A stretch of 63,427 nucleotides of DNA, the filler included, from Octopus bimaculoides (Eukaryota): assembly GCF_001194135.2 (NCBI RefSeq). It is 4 parts of 4 records of this genome, joined end to end, with 100 filler letters (N's around TTAATTAATTAA, not from the genome) between each part and the next. Parts side by side here need not be neighbours in the genome. Positions count along the whole stretch, not along the records: positions 1 to 20,702 come from NC_069003.1; 3 more parts are not named here. One strand, 5' to 3'. The notes below the pieces were generated by a model. It was not told the DNA's origin. It saw only the letters and a list, made by a program, of their open reading frames with translations, and searched no databases. How positions within the stretch are numbered: the first letter of the stretch is position 1; the number at the start of each line of letters is the position of its first letter. Shown here piece after piece: positions 1 through 13,569 of the stretch. Both the position numbers and the translations under genes were made by a program.

Positions 1-1132
1 CTAACATATAACAGGCACTCGTCTCTATACAAACCCCCCCCCTAACCCTAGGGAATTGATCATTTAATTCATAGAGGATAAATGATCCCACCATATCAGC
101 TATTTGAGCTGAGTCGGAACTTCCCATGGCAACATCAAATGCTCCAGGGGTATCTTTCCTTACCCATATCTTATCTTTAAAGCTAATAAACGATTTCCTT
201 GCTGCTGTTATAACTTTAAATTCTTCTTTAGTGAGGCCTGCTTTTTTATGGAAGAAATAATTCTTTGTCTCTCTGTAATAATGTTTGTGGCATTTACTGT
301 TAAATTAGCAGTTCCCTACATGTGCTTCTATTTCGTTCATTTGTTAATATTTCGTTAATTTACACTGCATACAAAAATACAGACATACTATATACATACC
401 ACGCGGTAAGCCATTAGGCCTTATTTTTTACCCGTAATTCATTACTACATATTCTCATGTGACTGCATAGGCAAACTTTATATTTCTTATTCTACAGCTA
501 CACCAGCAATCTAATGTCAACCATTCGGCTACTGCAACATTTTAGCAGTTCACTTCCCCGTTGCCGTCTCTCATTGCTGCCCATTTCAGGAATGTACCCA
601 TTGACGTACAATATCTCCATTGCACTCCATTCATTTGATTGTCAACCATACGACGGGTCATGTTAGACGCAGCGCTGAACGCCTCAAAGGCGAATATATC
701 TACTGATAGCTTTTCCGTAGGTTCAAAAATTACACAACTCGCCCCCACTCCCAATTTTCCATGATAGGTTAGGGCATGGAATCCTCGAGACGGACGTATT
801 ACATGTCGGTTAGTCGAATTAGACAATCATTTACTCCACAAATATTTTTCGACGTTCCTGCACTTTCCCGTATCACCTGTTTCAACATAACTGTAACACA
901 CACACACACACACACACACACANNNNNNNNNNNNNNNNNNNNNNNNNNNNNNNNNNNNNNNNNNNNNNNNNNNNNNNNNNNNNNNNNNNNNNNNNNNNNN
1001 NNNNNNNNNNNNNNNNNNNNNNNNNNNNNNNNNNNNNNNNNNNNNNNNNNNNNNNNNNNNNNNNNNNNNNNNNNNNNNNNNNNNNNNNNNNNNNNNNNNN
1101 NNNNNNNNNNNNNNNNNNNNNNNNNNNNNNNN

Positions 1133-1177
<45 letters not shown>

Positions 1178-1269
1178 CATACATACAAACTATACCATTT
1201 TAATCCCGAGCAACGCCCGCTATCTCTGCTAGTAATAATAATAAGAATAATAAGGAAAAGCAATTGAAT

Positions 1270-2830
1270 GTAACAACGAAATTCCCCAAAAGTGAGAGAT
1301 TTCTTAGGATTGCTCGTGAAAACCCCACAAGTCCACAACAGTCCTGACTACCAGAGTAAGTTCCCTTTCCACTTTGTCTACAGGTGCATGTTTAGAGTTG
1401 GCCCATTCACTTGAGCTACTCTTGCAACATTCACCCACCTTTTAACAAAATTACTGTCGTTGTAATGGTGAAACTTCAAAAAGTTGATTAGGGCCTGGCC
1501 AAAGAGGAAAGTGTCTATCGTCAGCCCTTTCAGTCGGGTTCACCACACAACCTTTTTCACTAAGGCTATCAAGTAAAGAAAAACAGCCTGCACTTCTCGG
1601 TCAAAGGAAGGTGGCGTGACTATCGTCATAATGAACTCAGTCTATAGCCAGATCCGTCCCACACATCACAGAATGTGCTCGACATAAACCTACAAGTCAG
1701 AAATACTCGGGCACTGGATGAGGACGTTCAGAACGGTTTCATCACTTCACGCATCTTGGGCAAGTCCGGTTGACTGTACTTCTCCACATGTAGAGTTTAT
1801 CCCGAACAGGCAGTGCCCAGTCAAGGATTTCTGGAATTTATTCATAAACACCAGCTCCAAAATTCTCTGGATCAAAGCAGCTAACCCATTCTGATTGACA
1901 TCCAGAGTTTCCCCGAGAACGTTGTCGTACTTACCTACCACTAACCCTCTATAGAAAGACATAGTGGAACTTCCACCGACCGCAGAAGATTATGAGGGCC
2001 TGACGGGCCCTCTAGGAGCCAGGGGCCCTTCCTCGCTCTACATTTGGTCCAGGACTGCGGCTTAGTCAGACGAGCAGTGGCAACTCGCGTCTGACAAACG
2101 GTGTCCACACGTGCTCACCGTCTAGCAAACGCTAGAGATACCACAGCCTTAGCACATGTCTGCGCATTAATATCCACGGCATACCCATCCATCCATTTAG
2201 CGGGTGTTGACAGCATATAGAATGCCTGACCAGTGGAAAGCGTCCCTTCCACAGTTGGTCAGACTCGAACACTGACAGGGCACGAAGGTGAGGTGGTAGT
2301 AGATGACGGATTCGATGTACGCATTCGCCACCTCTGCCCGACCTTTCAGGGATAGCTTCTTCTCAGCCCATTTCTGGGTGAGGTTGGCCACCCTGCTCGC
2401 CACCTCGTCCCAGTTCTTCTCCACCTGGAAATCGGGGACCTAACCAAGCCAAGAGCAATTTAACCGGTCCTTCCGTCCAGCATCCCAGGTATCTGTTGGA
2501 AGATATGGACCTGCCTCACCAGGTGCCGAGTTGCAGGACCACTGATTTCTCTCGGTTAATTTTTGGTCCTTGTATTCTTTTGGAGCGGTGCCGACTAAGT
2601 CTATGTACCTGTTTTTCGACACTACGATGGTGATGTCATCCGCGTATGTCGACACAGTTCTCTCACGTGCTAGTTCGCGCAGGATGCCTCTCACCGGCTC
2701 CAATTTCCGCAGTAGGAGCTCTAGAGCCATCACGGGAGACAAGAGAGGATACCCTCAGTGGACCGAGTGCATTATGCTGAAAGGTTCCGATAGGTAACCA
2801 TTCACCTGAACTACTGAACAGGTGTCGTTG
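1270..2830 (-). mobile_element. Degenerate Tx1/L1-clade non-LTR retrotransposon, ORF2 (RT and C-terminal zinc knuckle)
   Basis: Minus-strand fragments: ...ALELLLRKL...TYADDITIVV (YADD codons at 2635-2646), NWDEVASRVANLTQKWAEKKLSLKGRAEVANAYIESVIYY, and CPRC..DETVLNVLIQC. Many stops and frameshifts. Confidence 0.85.
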
Positions 2831-2889
2831 TGGGATGTTGAATATTCTAATTCTAAACACTCTACGACCCAGGAAATTGGAATGAAAAT

Positions 2890-3450
2890 TATTTCATCAC
2901 ACATTAGGGTAGCTGTCGAGTGATTTTTTGCCTTCTACACTGAGGCCGAACCTCACCTCACCAGACTCATTCTTCTTCCTCCTGGTCACGTAGGCTTTGC
3001 TCTTCCACACTGGTTTTAGTCCTTTCTTTATCTGTTGCTGTGTTGCCTGCTCCATCTTTATGCTTTTCGCTCCAGTTGTTTTATATTGAACAGTCCGCAA
3101 ATTAATTTCTTGCTGGACAGTTCTAAAAATGTTTAATGTCACATTTCTGTCACATTTCTCCAACATTCATTTTGCATTCTTGAACACATTTTCATCTAAA
3201 AATTATCTTCACTTACTTGCACAAAGTCGAATCTGTTCCGACTGGATTTGCATGTCTCCATTTCGTTTTTTTTTTTTTTTTTCGTTAACTATGCTGGTGA
3301 TGGTGGTGGTGTTGAACCTACTGCTGGTACCGGGGGTGGCGGCGGAGATGGCAGTGTTTTCACTTTTGTTGTTGCTTTTAGTCATTTTTTTGTTCCCGTG
3401 ATGGTGAAGGGGAGGACAGAAGCAAGGGAATTCATTTTTATGTTTCACGT
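2890..3450 (-). mobile_element. Possible upstream (ORF1/5') remnant of the Tx1/L1 element
   Basis: Lys/Arg-rich short ORFs on the same strand directly 5' of the RT remnant. No diagnostic motif recognised. Confidence 0.25.
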
Positions 3451-3800
3451 GCGCTATCGATGTTCTTGTTGCAGTCGCTGTCTTTCACGACTTGGCTGTT
3501 CTCTCTTCCAGACAACTGACTGTTCATTTCAGCAGAGATACAATTTTAATGCACCATTTTTTATTTTAGAAAAAAAAACAAAAAAAAAACGAGGGGCGTC
3601 TTAGCCCCCAAAAAACACCAAAATAGCCTCTAAGGGCTACAGATGGAGAAGAACTGACCAGTTTCCCAAGGTCCTGTTAATTAAGTAACAATAACAAATA
3701 TACAATGTATAACAACGTATAACAATATGAATAACATCAAAACTTACTGAGCGCTGTACAACACGTGTCGATTGACGAACAACAAAGATAATAATAACAA

Positions 3801-4012
3801 TCCTTTCTACTATAGGCACAAGGACTGAAATTTTGGGAAAGAAAATAGTCGATTACATCGACCCCAGTATTCAACTGGCACTTATTTCATCGACCCCGAA
3901 AGGATGAACGGCAAAGTCGACTTCGGCGGAATTTGAACTCAGAACGTAGCGACGGGCGAAATGCCGCTAAGCATTTCTTCTAGCGTGTTAACGATACTGC
4001 CACCTTGCCGCC

Positions 4013-4014
<2 letters not shown>
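3801..4014 (-). mobile_element. tRNA-derived SINE, family 1 (full-length)
   Basis: Own-strand head GGCGGCAAGGTGGCAG...GAGTTCAAATTCCGCC (A/B-box-like) and conserved body GTCGACTTTGCC.TTCATCCTTTCGGGGTCGATGAAATAAGT.CCAG, shared by more than 25 copies in the window. Body resembles the Nin/Deu-type SINE central domain (from memory). Confidence 0.85.
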
Positions 4015-4068
<54 letters not shown>

Positions 4069-4347
4069 NNNNNNNNNNNNNNNNNNNNNNNNNNNNNNNN
4101 NNNNNNNNNNNNNNNNNNNNNNNNNNNNNNNNNNNNNNNNNNNNNNNNNNNNNNNNNNNNNNNNNNNNNNNNNNNNNNNNNNNNNNNNNNNNNNNNNNNN
4201 NNNNNNNNNNNNNNNNNNNNNNNNNNNNNNNNNNNNNNNNNNNNNNNNNNNNNNNNNNNNNNNNNNNNNNNNNNNNNNNNNNNNNNNNNNNNNNNNNNNN
4301 NNNNNNNNNNNNNNNNNNNNNNNNNNNNNNNNNNNNNNNNNNNNNNT

Positions 4348-4500
4348 ATATATAACATACAGAAAATTGCACTACTGGGCACTGCACACATCCTACGCAA
4401 AACACTTTCAATACAGTAACTATAAGAGCATTACCCAAGGCGCACAGAGCTGCGCTCGGTAGTGAAGTGAAAGTACGTTATAAAAATAAAACTACTGAAC
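4348..4500 (+). mobile_element. 3' end of an R4/Dong-clade (RLE) retrotransposon with (AAT)n tail
   Basis: IYNIQKIALLGTAHILRKTLSIQ* matches the C-terminal LQK.ALLGTA.ILR motif of R4/Dong ORFs. Short 3' UTR, then (AAT)n. A related end lies at 20495-20584. Confidence 0.75.
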
Positions 4501-4554
<54 letters not shown>

Positions 4555-4582
4555 TATTATTATTATTATTATTATTATTATT

Positions 4583-5106
4583 GTTTCAAATTTTGCCACA
4601 AGGGCAGCAATTTTGGAAGGGAGATGAGTCGATTACATCGACACCAGTGTTCAATCGGTAATTATTTTATCGACTTCGGTAGGATGAACAGCAAAATCGA
4701 CTTCGGCAGAATTTGAACGCAGAATGTAAAGACGGACGAAATGCCCATAAGCATTTTGTCCGGTGTGCTAACAGTACTGCGAGCTCGCTGCCAAAATAAT
4801 AATAATAATAGTTTCAAATTTTGGCACAAAACCAGCAGTTTAGGGAGAGGGAGTAAGTAAATTACATCGAACCCAGTGTTCAACTGGTACTTATTTTATC
4901 GACCTTGAAAAGAGGAAAGGCAAAGTTGACCAAGGTGGAATTTGAACTCAGAAAGTAAAAGACGGCCGAAATAATGATAACGATGATGATGATGATGATG
5001 ATGATGATAGTTTGAAATGTTGGTACGAGGCCAGCAATTTTAAGTCTGGGGTTAATCGATTACATCGACCCAAATATTGAACAGCTTTTTTATTTTATTG
5101 ATCTCG
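4583..5106 (-). mobile_element. Tandem cluster of three family-1 SINE copies (4583-4792, 4811-4970, 5010-5106) separated by (AAT)n/(GAT)n
   Basis: Each carries the GATTACATCGAC..CAGT.TTCAACTGGTA.TTATTTTATCGAC body in the same orientation. Confidence 0.8.
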
Positions 5107-6473
5107 AAGTAGAATATTTCGTTGAAACGTTGTTTTCATGTGTATATACTTTTGGCAAGGTTGTTTATTTTGTTATTCATTTTTCAAAGCAGCCTTAGAA
5201 ATAAAAAGAAGAGGTGTGCTCACCCCTGTGATGGTAACAGTAACTTCAATAGCATAAACAAACATATCCTTAATTATTTCCACATACAAAAACAGAATTT
5301 AAAAACAGACATTGTGAAAATTAAACAGAAGGTGCTTCAGGCATAAACACTTCGATTTAGTCATTGGAAAATAGGAAAATGAATAATGTTTAAAACTTTA
5401 ATTTAAATAGGAAAAACTGTGGAGATGGTTTTAAGCATAAGAACAGCAATGACAACAACTGTCATAACCACCAACAATAACAGTAAAATTTTACATCTTC
5501 ATATTTTCCAAATGTTGATCCAGTTAAAAAAAATGTACGCTGACGAAATGCATATAAAAACAGATGTTTCTTTGCCCGAATAACTTTACTCCTGGAAAGA
5601 GCAAGAGGAATATTACAGCATCGATCATCACAACTTATAGTAGTGTGAAATTAGCGACAAAGGTAACTACAATTGCATTAAAATAACATATGTTTCTATC
5701 TTTTTGCCCTGTCATCTCCCATACAATGGTAAGATTTGTGGTTCCAACAATTTTCAGTAATACTGATGCTGCATTTGCTGCATATCTTTTTGTGAAGGTA
5801 TCCTGCTATCTTGTTGTGGCAGTGGATATTCGTTTCTTGCCAATGTTGAGCAGCTGGAGTCAGTTGTGTCTTCAAAAGTGCTGCATATTTACAGGCGCAA
5901 GAATAACTGTGTAGTAAGAAATTTGCTTCCCGTCAACATGCTTTCGACTTCGGTCCTTCTTTCTGGTACCTTGGGCAAGAATCTTTGTTGAGAGTCGTTG
6001 TTAGTTTGTTTGCGTCCTCTTAACTTAAGGTTTGGCAAAAAGTCATCTATAGAATAAATATCAGTTTTTAAAGACCGGTATTTATTCTATAGATCTTACT
6101 TCAGGGATACTCAGTGCACGTGAGAATTTCTCCAATTCTTTCGGGATTGAATATAGTTCCTCCTTGCATTAATGACAATTTTCAGACGGGTGTCTTGTTA
6201 AGATGAGAGATAGGTGCTTAGGCCTGCCAACGGGGGTGGGTTTGTAGGCTAGTACGACCTCTCACCCCGTCAGCTCTTAGGAGGAAAATTCTACCAACAC
6301 CTATTCATATTACATGATGTCGCATCTTAGTTAATGTCGGCATTTTACTTGTTTTATAATCCAGTTTCCAAATTTTACTCATTATCTAGTTTATTAGATT
6401 GAAACTCTATGTAACAACAGAGATAACAAGATACATTGATGGCTTCAATCGGTTAGATGCATTTAGGTCTTCT

Positions 6474-6791
<318 letters not shown>

Positions 6792-7689
6792 GTTTTTGTT
6801 GCTGTTATTCCACTAACACATTTCCTCCTGTATCTCCTCCTTCAGGCGATTGTGTATTTTCGGCCAATAATAATGATTGAATTAGACACAATGGCTAACA
6901 AAACGAGCTCCTAATAAATTCCAATATATACTGCCCAATAAATCACACCACTGAGAATTACAGAACAATTTAAGAATGAGATTATTAATGTAGCACAATA
7001 AATTTTACGTTGATATGAAAATCTGATCTGTGCTATTATGTAGACTTCGATGGCAATACTGATAATAAATCCATTAGTACGAAGCAACAAAGTGACCATG
7101 GTCGCTTGTCTGTGGCCGGTGGCCGTAGCCATAGTGTGGCTTTGTAGGCTAAGACGTGTGTTTAGCAACTACAAACGTGGCTGCAAGTTCGAGATGACTT
7201 CAGGCAATAACCGGGTTTATTGTAAGACCAAAATCTGTACAGGCACTGGATAAGTGAGCTATTATTTCATTTTTTTTTTTTGCTGAATTTAGCCTGAAAA
7301 TCACAATTATATTGCAGACTAGTTGTATAAATATTTTCGGTTTAGCTTTTGATCTTTCAGATAGATTATTATACTTGATATGCTATAACAGACAAAAATA
7401 CCCAGATAACATTCTCGAAAGACGTGAGAAGATATGACAGCAAAATTAATACTGGAGATTGAAATTGTTTAGCACCATTGTCGACCAATACCCGTTATGA
7501 CATAGCAACAATTCAGTTGGTGTAGGCCTTCATACTACTGTACAGTTGAACAAACATAACACATTTTGACTACCTCCCACCAATTTTCCCCGGTGCAATC
7601 ACCGCATCACATTTTTGTTTGATCAATAAAAGTTTAATAAAACTACGAATTCTTTTGGTTTTGTTTTTACTTACCTTGTAGCAGTCTAA

Positions 7690-7990
7690 TGCTGAAAATC
7701 GTATCTGTGGTGAGACTAAAAGACGTGATTCCACATTGTAACTTTAGCACATCGATGGAATATAATTCTGTAAATGATTCATCAAGAGTTTGGTGTATAG
7801 GTTGCCTCCATTTGAGAAAAAATCGATTATCCACGAAATTGCAAAAAGCAATGCCTGAAAGTTACAGGTTGTTGAACGAATTTCACTGACATTCATTCAT
7901 TCACACGTACCGTGTTTTCCGGCTTGCAAGTCGAATATTTCAAACAAAAATTTACTGCCCAAAAATGGGAGGGCCACTTATACACCAAAA
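7690..7990 (+). mobile_element. Degenerate pogo-like DNA transposon remnant
   Basis: SSRVWC...RKNRLSTKLQKAMPESYRLLNEFH resembles the pogo ASRGW..RF..R..LS.R.RT..AQKLP..Y...L..FH segment. It is followed by TACCGTGTTTTCCGGCTTGCAAGTCG, similar to TACCGT-type pogo termini. Confidence 0.45.
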
Positions 7991-8721
7991 TGACTTCAAA
8001 GTATCAAAAATTCTTAGTGAAATGGTTCAGTAACGACAATTAATGTTTACATTATATAATACGATATACAGAGTATGCACTTGTATGCACGCACAGTCGT
8101 GTTTGTTTAATAGAGTTATAATATGTTGATATGTGTTATACTATATATAACAAACAAGCCTATAGTCATATAATATTTATATAATATATATGAATGATTT
8201 TCACAGTGTCGCTATATCAACAATAACAAATACACAGTATGATTAATGGGAAGTGTAAAATTCTAACTTGTCTTTCTTGAATTAGCAAAACGAATAAGTG
8301 AATATTTTAAAATAGGTAACTCATAAATCATACGTAATTTGATACTATATATACATATATATATATATANNNNNNNNNNNNNNNNNNNNNNNNNNNNNNN
8401 NNNNNNNNNNNNNNNNNNNNNNNNNNNNNNNNNNNNNNNNNNNNNNNNNNNNNNNNNNNNNNNNNNNNNNNNNNNNNNNNNNNNNNNNNNNNNNNNNNNN
8501 NNNNNNNNNNNNNNNNNNNNNNNNNNNNNNNNNNNNNNNNNNNNNNNNNNNNNNNNNNNNNNNNNNNNNNNNNNNNNNNNNNNNNNNNNNNNNNNNNNNN
8601 NNNNNNNNNNNNNNNNNNNNNNNNNNNNNNNNNNNNNNNNNNNNNNNNNNNNNNNNNNNNNNNNNNNNNNNNNNNNNNNNNNNNNNNNNNNAGAAAACGA
8701 AGTGGTAGCTGTGGAGTGTAA

Positions 8722-8838
8722 ATGGTTTCCTGTGAAATAAAGTGCCTTACTCCAAGACACAACGTACTGTTGGAAATCGAACGCATGAGGCTTAGAATCA
8801 TGAGCCGAAAACCCTAACCACTAAGCCACGCACCTTCA
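8722..8838 (-). mobile_element. tRNA-derived CORE-like SINE (family 3)
   Basis: Own strand GTGAAGGTGCGTGGCTTAGTGGTTAGGG (A box)...GCGTTCGATTTCC (B box)...TGTGTCTTGGAGTAAGGCACTTTATTTCAC. Confidence 0.7.
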
Positions 8839-9189
8839 CATATATTCATAAACAGACACACGTGCGCTAATATTTATATATGTAGACATATATATGTGTG
8901 TGCGTGCGTGTATGCGTGCGTGTGTGTTTGTATGCATGTATGTACACTCGTAACGGCTCTTACCAACATTCACCCATCTACTCTCAACATTAAGATTGTT
9001 CACTACCATTTTGGTATCAGGACTTTTAGCTTTGAATTTCAATTGGGAGAATATAATTCCATTCGAATTTATTGCAATTGTTTCGCTGCTTCTCGGTAAA
9101 ATGAATTATAATTTTGTGTTGTTAATCGTAGATTTCTCTAAAACGTATTCAGAAAAAGAAGATAAAGTAAAATAAAAGTTCAGGCCGGT

Positions 9190-9310
9190 TTGTGAGAGTT
9201 CGGTCCAACGACGTGACACCTTCGGCAAGTGTCGTCTTCTATAACCTCGGGGACACCAAAACCTTGTGAGTGAATTTGATACAGAGAAACTGAAAGAAGC
9301 CCGTCGTGTA
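9190..9310 (+). mobile_element. Family-2 SINE 5' half (CORE-like), followed by its internal (CA)n/(TA)n tract
   Basis: GGCAAGTGTC.TCTTCTATAACCTCGGG..ACCAAAACCTTGTGAGTGAATTTG...GAAACTGAAAGAAGCCCGTCGT, also seen at 36370-36505 (+) and 57320-57475 (-). Confidence 0.7.
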
Positions 9311-9330
9311 TACACACACACACACACACA

Positions 9331-9361
<31 letters not shown>

Positions 9362-9560
9362 NNNNNNNNNNCACACAAACACACACACACACATATATAT
9401 GTATATATATATATATCGTGAAGTATATTTTCCACCTAAATATTTTCCACCTAAATTTCCTAGGATGACATCTCCTCCATCTGCCTAACGACACACTGTC
9501 TGTGTCTGATTAATATTTGCGAAGGGAAATCCTCGTTCCCATCTCTAGCCTTACGTAATA

Positions 9561-9605
9561 CACACAGACCCTGGTTTCTGGGTAGTAATCCATCATCAGT
9601 GTGTG
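9561..9605 (-). ncRNA. Type I hammerhead ribozyme motif (stand-alone)
   Basis: Minus strand CACACA-CUGAUGA-UGGAUUACUACCCA-GAAA-CCAGG-GUC-UGUGUG: 6-bp stem I, intact core, stem II UGG(A)U/A(C)CCA, short stem III, GUC site. Confidence 0.75.
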
Positions 9606-10295
9606 GGAATCACAATGAGAGTGATTAAGAAAAGACAGTAGTATATGTACTTGGGAAGCAGACGAGATAAAAAAAATGAAGAAATGAAACAAATGAGCAG
9701 TTGGGAGTACACAAGGAGAGTGAAGAAATTATTGCAGTTAAAGCTGAATTAAAATGAGTCAAGCAAGTAAAAGTCAAAATATAAAAAAGATAAAGATAAA
9801 TTATAGTGAAAAACCTGTACGACACACATGGGCAAGTAAACCAACAGCAGGGTGATGTGGAGTTAAAGGAAATGCGGTGGCGCGTTATGGTAGGGGTGTA
9901 GAGGTCGTGGTGTTTGTAGTGTTGAATGTTTTAGAAGTGATAGTTGTTGTGGTAGCGATTGTAATGGTGTTGGTTGCTTTGGTGAGATTGTTCTCTGGTT
10001 ATAATATGACGCAGAGAGTGGGTAGTTACTTTGATCGTAAAACTGGAATACCCATTTAAGGTCCGTGCATTTAGTTAATGTAAAAGAGACCCCTGTTTTC
10101 CTACCGTATTACTCTCAAAGATTTACTCTATGGTGACGGTCTTTAAAATAAGTTGGGGGTAAGATAAACGCAATTACAACTACTCACGTTATACCCGCTA
10201 AAATCACATTTCTATTGTCATATAAAATAGCTTGGAAAATCCCGGACATACAATACGTGCTTAAAATGTCTCTGCCTTCTCCATCTCACCCTCTC

Positions 10296-10374
<79 letters not shown>

Positions 10375-10376
10375 TC
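10296..10376. repeat. (TTTC)n tetranucleotide microsatellite
   Basis: Direct reading. Confidence 0.95.
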
Positions 10377-10835
10377 ATTCTTTCTTCCTCTCTCTCTCTC
10401 CCTCTCTCTCTGGCTGAATCAATATTTTTATTTATATACATGCTGGGCGTGCATATACATGAAGTTCATGTTAAATCAATCGGCATGAATACGTATGTCT
10501 CTATTTATCATACTCTCTAGCTCTCTCTTTCTCTCTCTGTGTATATATACACACACTGACATACACACACACATATAGATAGATAAGTGAATGGATAGAC
10601 AGATAGATAATAGATATACATATATATATATGCATATGTATATATGTATGTTTATATATATNNNNNNNNNNNNNNNNNNNNNNNNNNNNNNNNNNNNNNN
10701 NNNNNNNNNNNNNNNNNNNNNNNNNNNNNNNNNNNNNNNNNNNNNNNNNNNNNNNNNNNNNNNNNNNNNNNNNNNNNNNNNNNNNNNNNNNNNNNNNNNN
10801 NNNTGAAATATATATCTATGTATAAATATATGTAA

Positions 10836-10870
<35 letters not shown>

Positions 10871-11701
10871 AAACAATCCATCTACTTATATACATGAATG
10901 CTTGTATAGATATGCACATATACATATAGCGCTATCTATCTATCTGGCTATCTATCAATTTATTTATCTCCTAAATCTTATACAAATTCTCTAACGACTT
11001 GATCATTAGTAACTTTCTGATAGATTTTCTTTTCGGATAGATCAACGAATTTAGAAAAGAAAAACCATAGTCAAATGAAACTCATTGAGATTAAATGAAT
11101 TGTAGGAGCAACTTTAAAAATAGCTCCAAGAAAAATAACAACCAGACCAACAAAAACTATAAGGGAGATAACACTGACAGGTGAAACTTCAAATATATAA
11201 TCATTAACAACAACGACGACGACGATGATGATGATGACAATAACGAAGACAGCTGCAGGAAAACCAAAAAATGAAAGCAAAAAGAAAACGGAGTACGAAA
11301 TCGAAAGAATGGGAGATAACTAGAAATATATTATCATTAACAAGAAGAAGAAAAACGCTGACGTCAGCAATAATAACAACAACAACGTTGGCGGTGACAA
11401 CAGCAAGATAGCTATAACAACGATCAGGATGACAACAGAGGACATGAAAAAATAGCCAGTAATTTACGTGAAAAACAAACTAAAAATGTAAACAATGTAT
11501 AATAGAAAAATCACTGTGAAAATGTGAAGAAAAGAAATTACTGTAATAGCACAGTCGACAATTGCAAAAACAACAACAATACTAAGTATATAACATACAT
11601 AGGATCCATAGAATAACAATGACAGCAACAATACACTCAAGATTATATAACAGCAAGAAAAACGGTTGTAAGAATTGCAGTAAAATAGTAATGATAATAA
11701 T

Positions 11702-12215
11702 AATCCTATAAACAAAAGATCTGAAATTTTGGAGGATGGAGAAAGACTATCACATCGACCCCAGTACTTGACTGGTATTTAATATATTGACCCCGAAATG
11801 ATGAAAGGCAAAGTCAACTTCGGCGTAATTTGAACTCAGAACATGAAGATAGACAAAATACCGCTATGCATTTCACCGAGTGTGCTACTGCCAGTTCGAG
11901 GCTTTGAAAATGGTCAGATGGAAATTTGTACAAAAACAACCCCAGTGCATAACTGGAACTTATTCCATCGACCCCGAAAGTATAAAATGCAAAGTCGACC
12001 TTGGGGGAATTTGATCTCAGATCGTAAAGACGGACGAGATAATAATAATATTCGTTTCACATTTTGACACAAGGCCAGGAATTTCGAGGGCAAGGGCAAA
12101 TCGATTACATCGAACTCAGTGTTCAACTAATACTTATTTTATCGACCCCAAAAAATGACAGGTAAAGTCAATCTCGGCGGAATTTGAACTCAGAACGTAA
12201 AGGTGAATGAAACGT
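11702..12215 (-). mobile_element. Tandem cluster of three family-1 SINE copies
   Basis: Three same-strand repeats of the family-1 body at about 11702-11895, 11918-12040 and 12052-12215. Confidence 0.8.
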
Positions 12216-13515
12216 ACACCTGGATGACTACCTGCGGCAAGGTCACGTCTCTGCTTGGATGGCAACTGGAGAAATGCTGTTATGCCTCAAGTATTCTTTG
12301 AAAGGGAGCTTGGCATCAAATAACCTGTTTACCACTTATGTGGAAGCTTATGACAGGCCTGATTGTAGCATGGCTAGATTACAAAAAAAAAAAAAGCATA
12401 TGGCATGGTGGATAAGTAAAACAATGAGCATGTTTGGAATAGCAAAAAACATGGAGAAAATTCTTAACGAAAGTATGAAACATTGGAACACTGAAATGAT
12501 CGCAGGAAAACAAAGACTTAGAAAAGTGAGCATCAAACGTGGAATATTCCAAGGTAATACCTTATTTCGATTACTATTAGTATTGATCAAGAAACCGCTA
12601 TGGAAAGTTAGAACTGCTTACGATTTGGGAAAAGGAAATGGTCAGATAAATCATCTCCTTTTCGTCAGACAGATTGAAGAGATATCTTAACATGGCCAAT
12701 ATTGAAAAACCGCTAAGGATGTATGTGGATAAAATCCTGGGCTTGGTCGAAAAAAGGGCAACTGAAAAAAAAAAGAAAAAAAGTATAATTGTAGCAGCCC
12801 AAGATCAAGCGATAAAAACTAACAACTTGAGAAAAATATATAGGGAGAGAATGTGGCAAAAACATGTAGAGCCTGTGGAACTTGGGACGAGACATTGGCA
12901 CAGGAAGAATATAAGAAATAGAGGCACGACCAGATTGTAAAAGTTTTAAACTGGAAATTTTGCCAGGAATGGAGATTTGAAGCTGGAAACGCATGGTACA
13001 ATCATCGTGTCGAAAGAGTACTGAAGTCGGAGAAATGTAAGATTTTGTGGGACTTTTCTATCCAAATGGACAAGAAGTTAGAGAATAATAGACCGAACAC
13101 AACAATTATAGATCGAAGTAGCTTACTAATCGATCCCTCATGCCTGTTTGATTCCAGGATCGTAAAGAAAGAGGACGAAAAACAAAAAAAATGCAATCCC
13201 TTTAAATTCGAATTTGGAAGAATCTGAAGTATGAAAACTGTAAAGGTCGTCGTGCCTATGATGAATGGTGCGTTGGGAACAGTAAACAAAGGTATAGAGA
13301 AATGACTGAAAGGGATTGGAATAGGATGCCCGGTAGAGTTTCTACTGAAAGTTAGCCTTCTGGGAACATCAAGGATTATCAGGATGGTTGTAACCATTTG
13401 AAAGACCACTGAAAACTTGTGGACACCTAAGGCTAGAGGTAGCAACCCCCTACCCACATAAATTCTACTAGGAATTAGACCGAATCCGAGTTAAACCAAA
13501 ATAATAATAATAATG

Positions 13516-13568
<53 letters not shown>
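12216..13568 (+). mobile_element. Internally deleted, degenerate R4/Dong-clade non-LTR retrotransposon with (AAT)n tail
   Basis: RT remnant EAYD..MFGIAKN..MKHWNTEM..VSIKRGIFQGNTLFRLLLVL..INHLLF. Then AAQDQAIKTNN, RHDQIVKVLNWK and RLE region KILWDFSIQMDKKLENNRPNTTIID..VVVPMMNGALG..LLGTSRIIR. (AAT)n at 13500-13568. Confidence 0.85.
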
Positions 13569-13569
13569 T

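Noticed and set aside
38-50. CCCTAACCCTA telomere-like motif
   Set aside because: Fewer than two full units; not an interstitial telomeric array.
3801-5106. Regularly spaced conserved repeats suggestive of a CRISPR-like array
   Set aside because: Units are 100-230 bp degenerate SINEs with microsatellite spacers in a eukaryotic context, with no cas genes.
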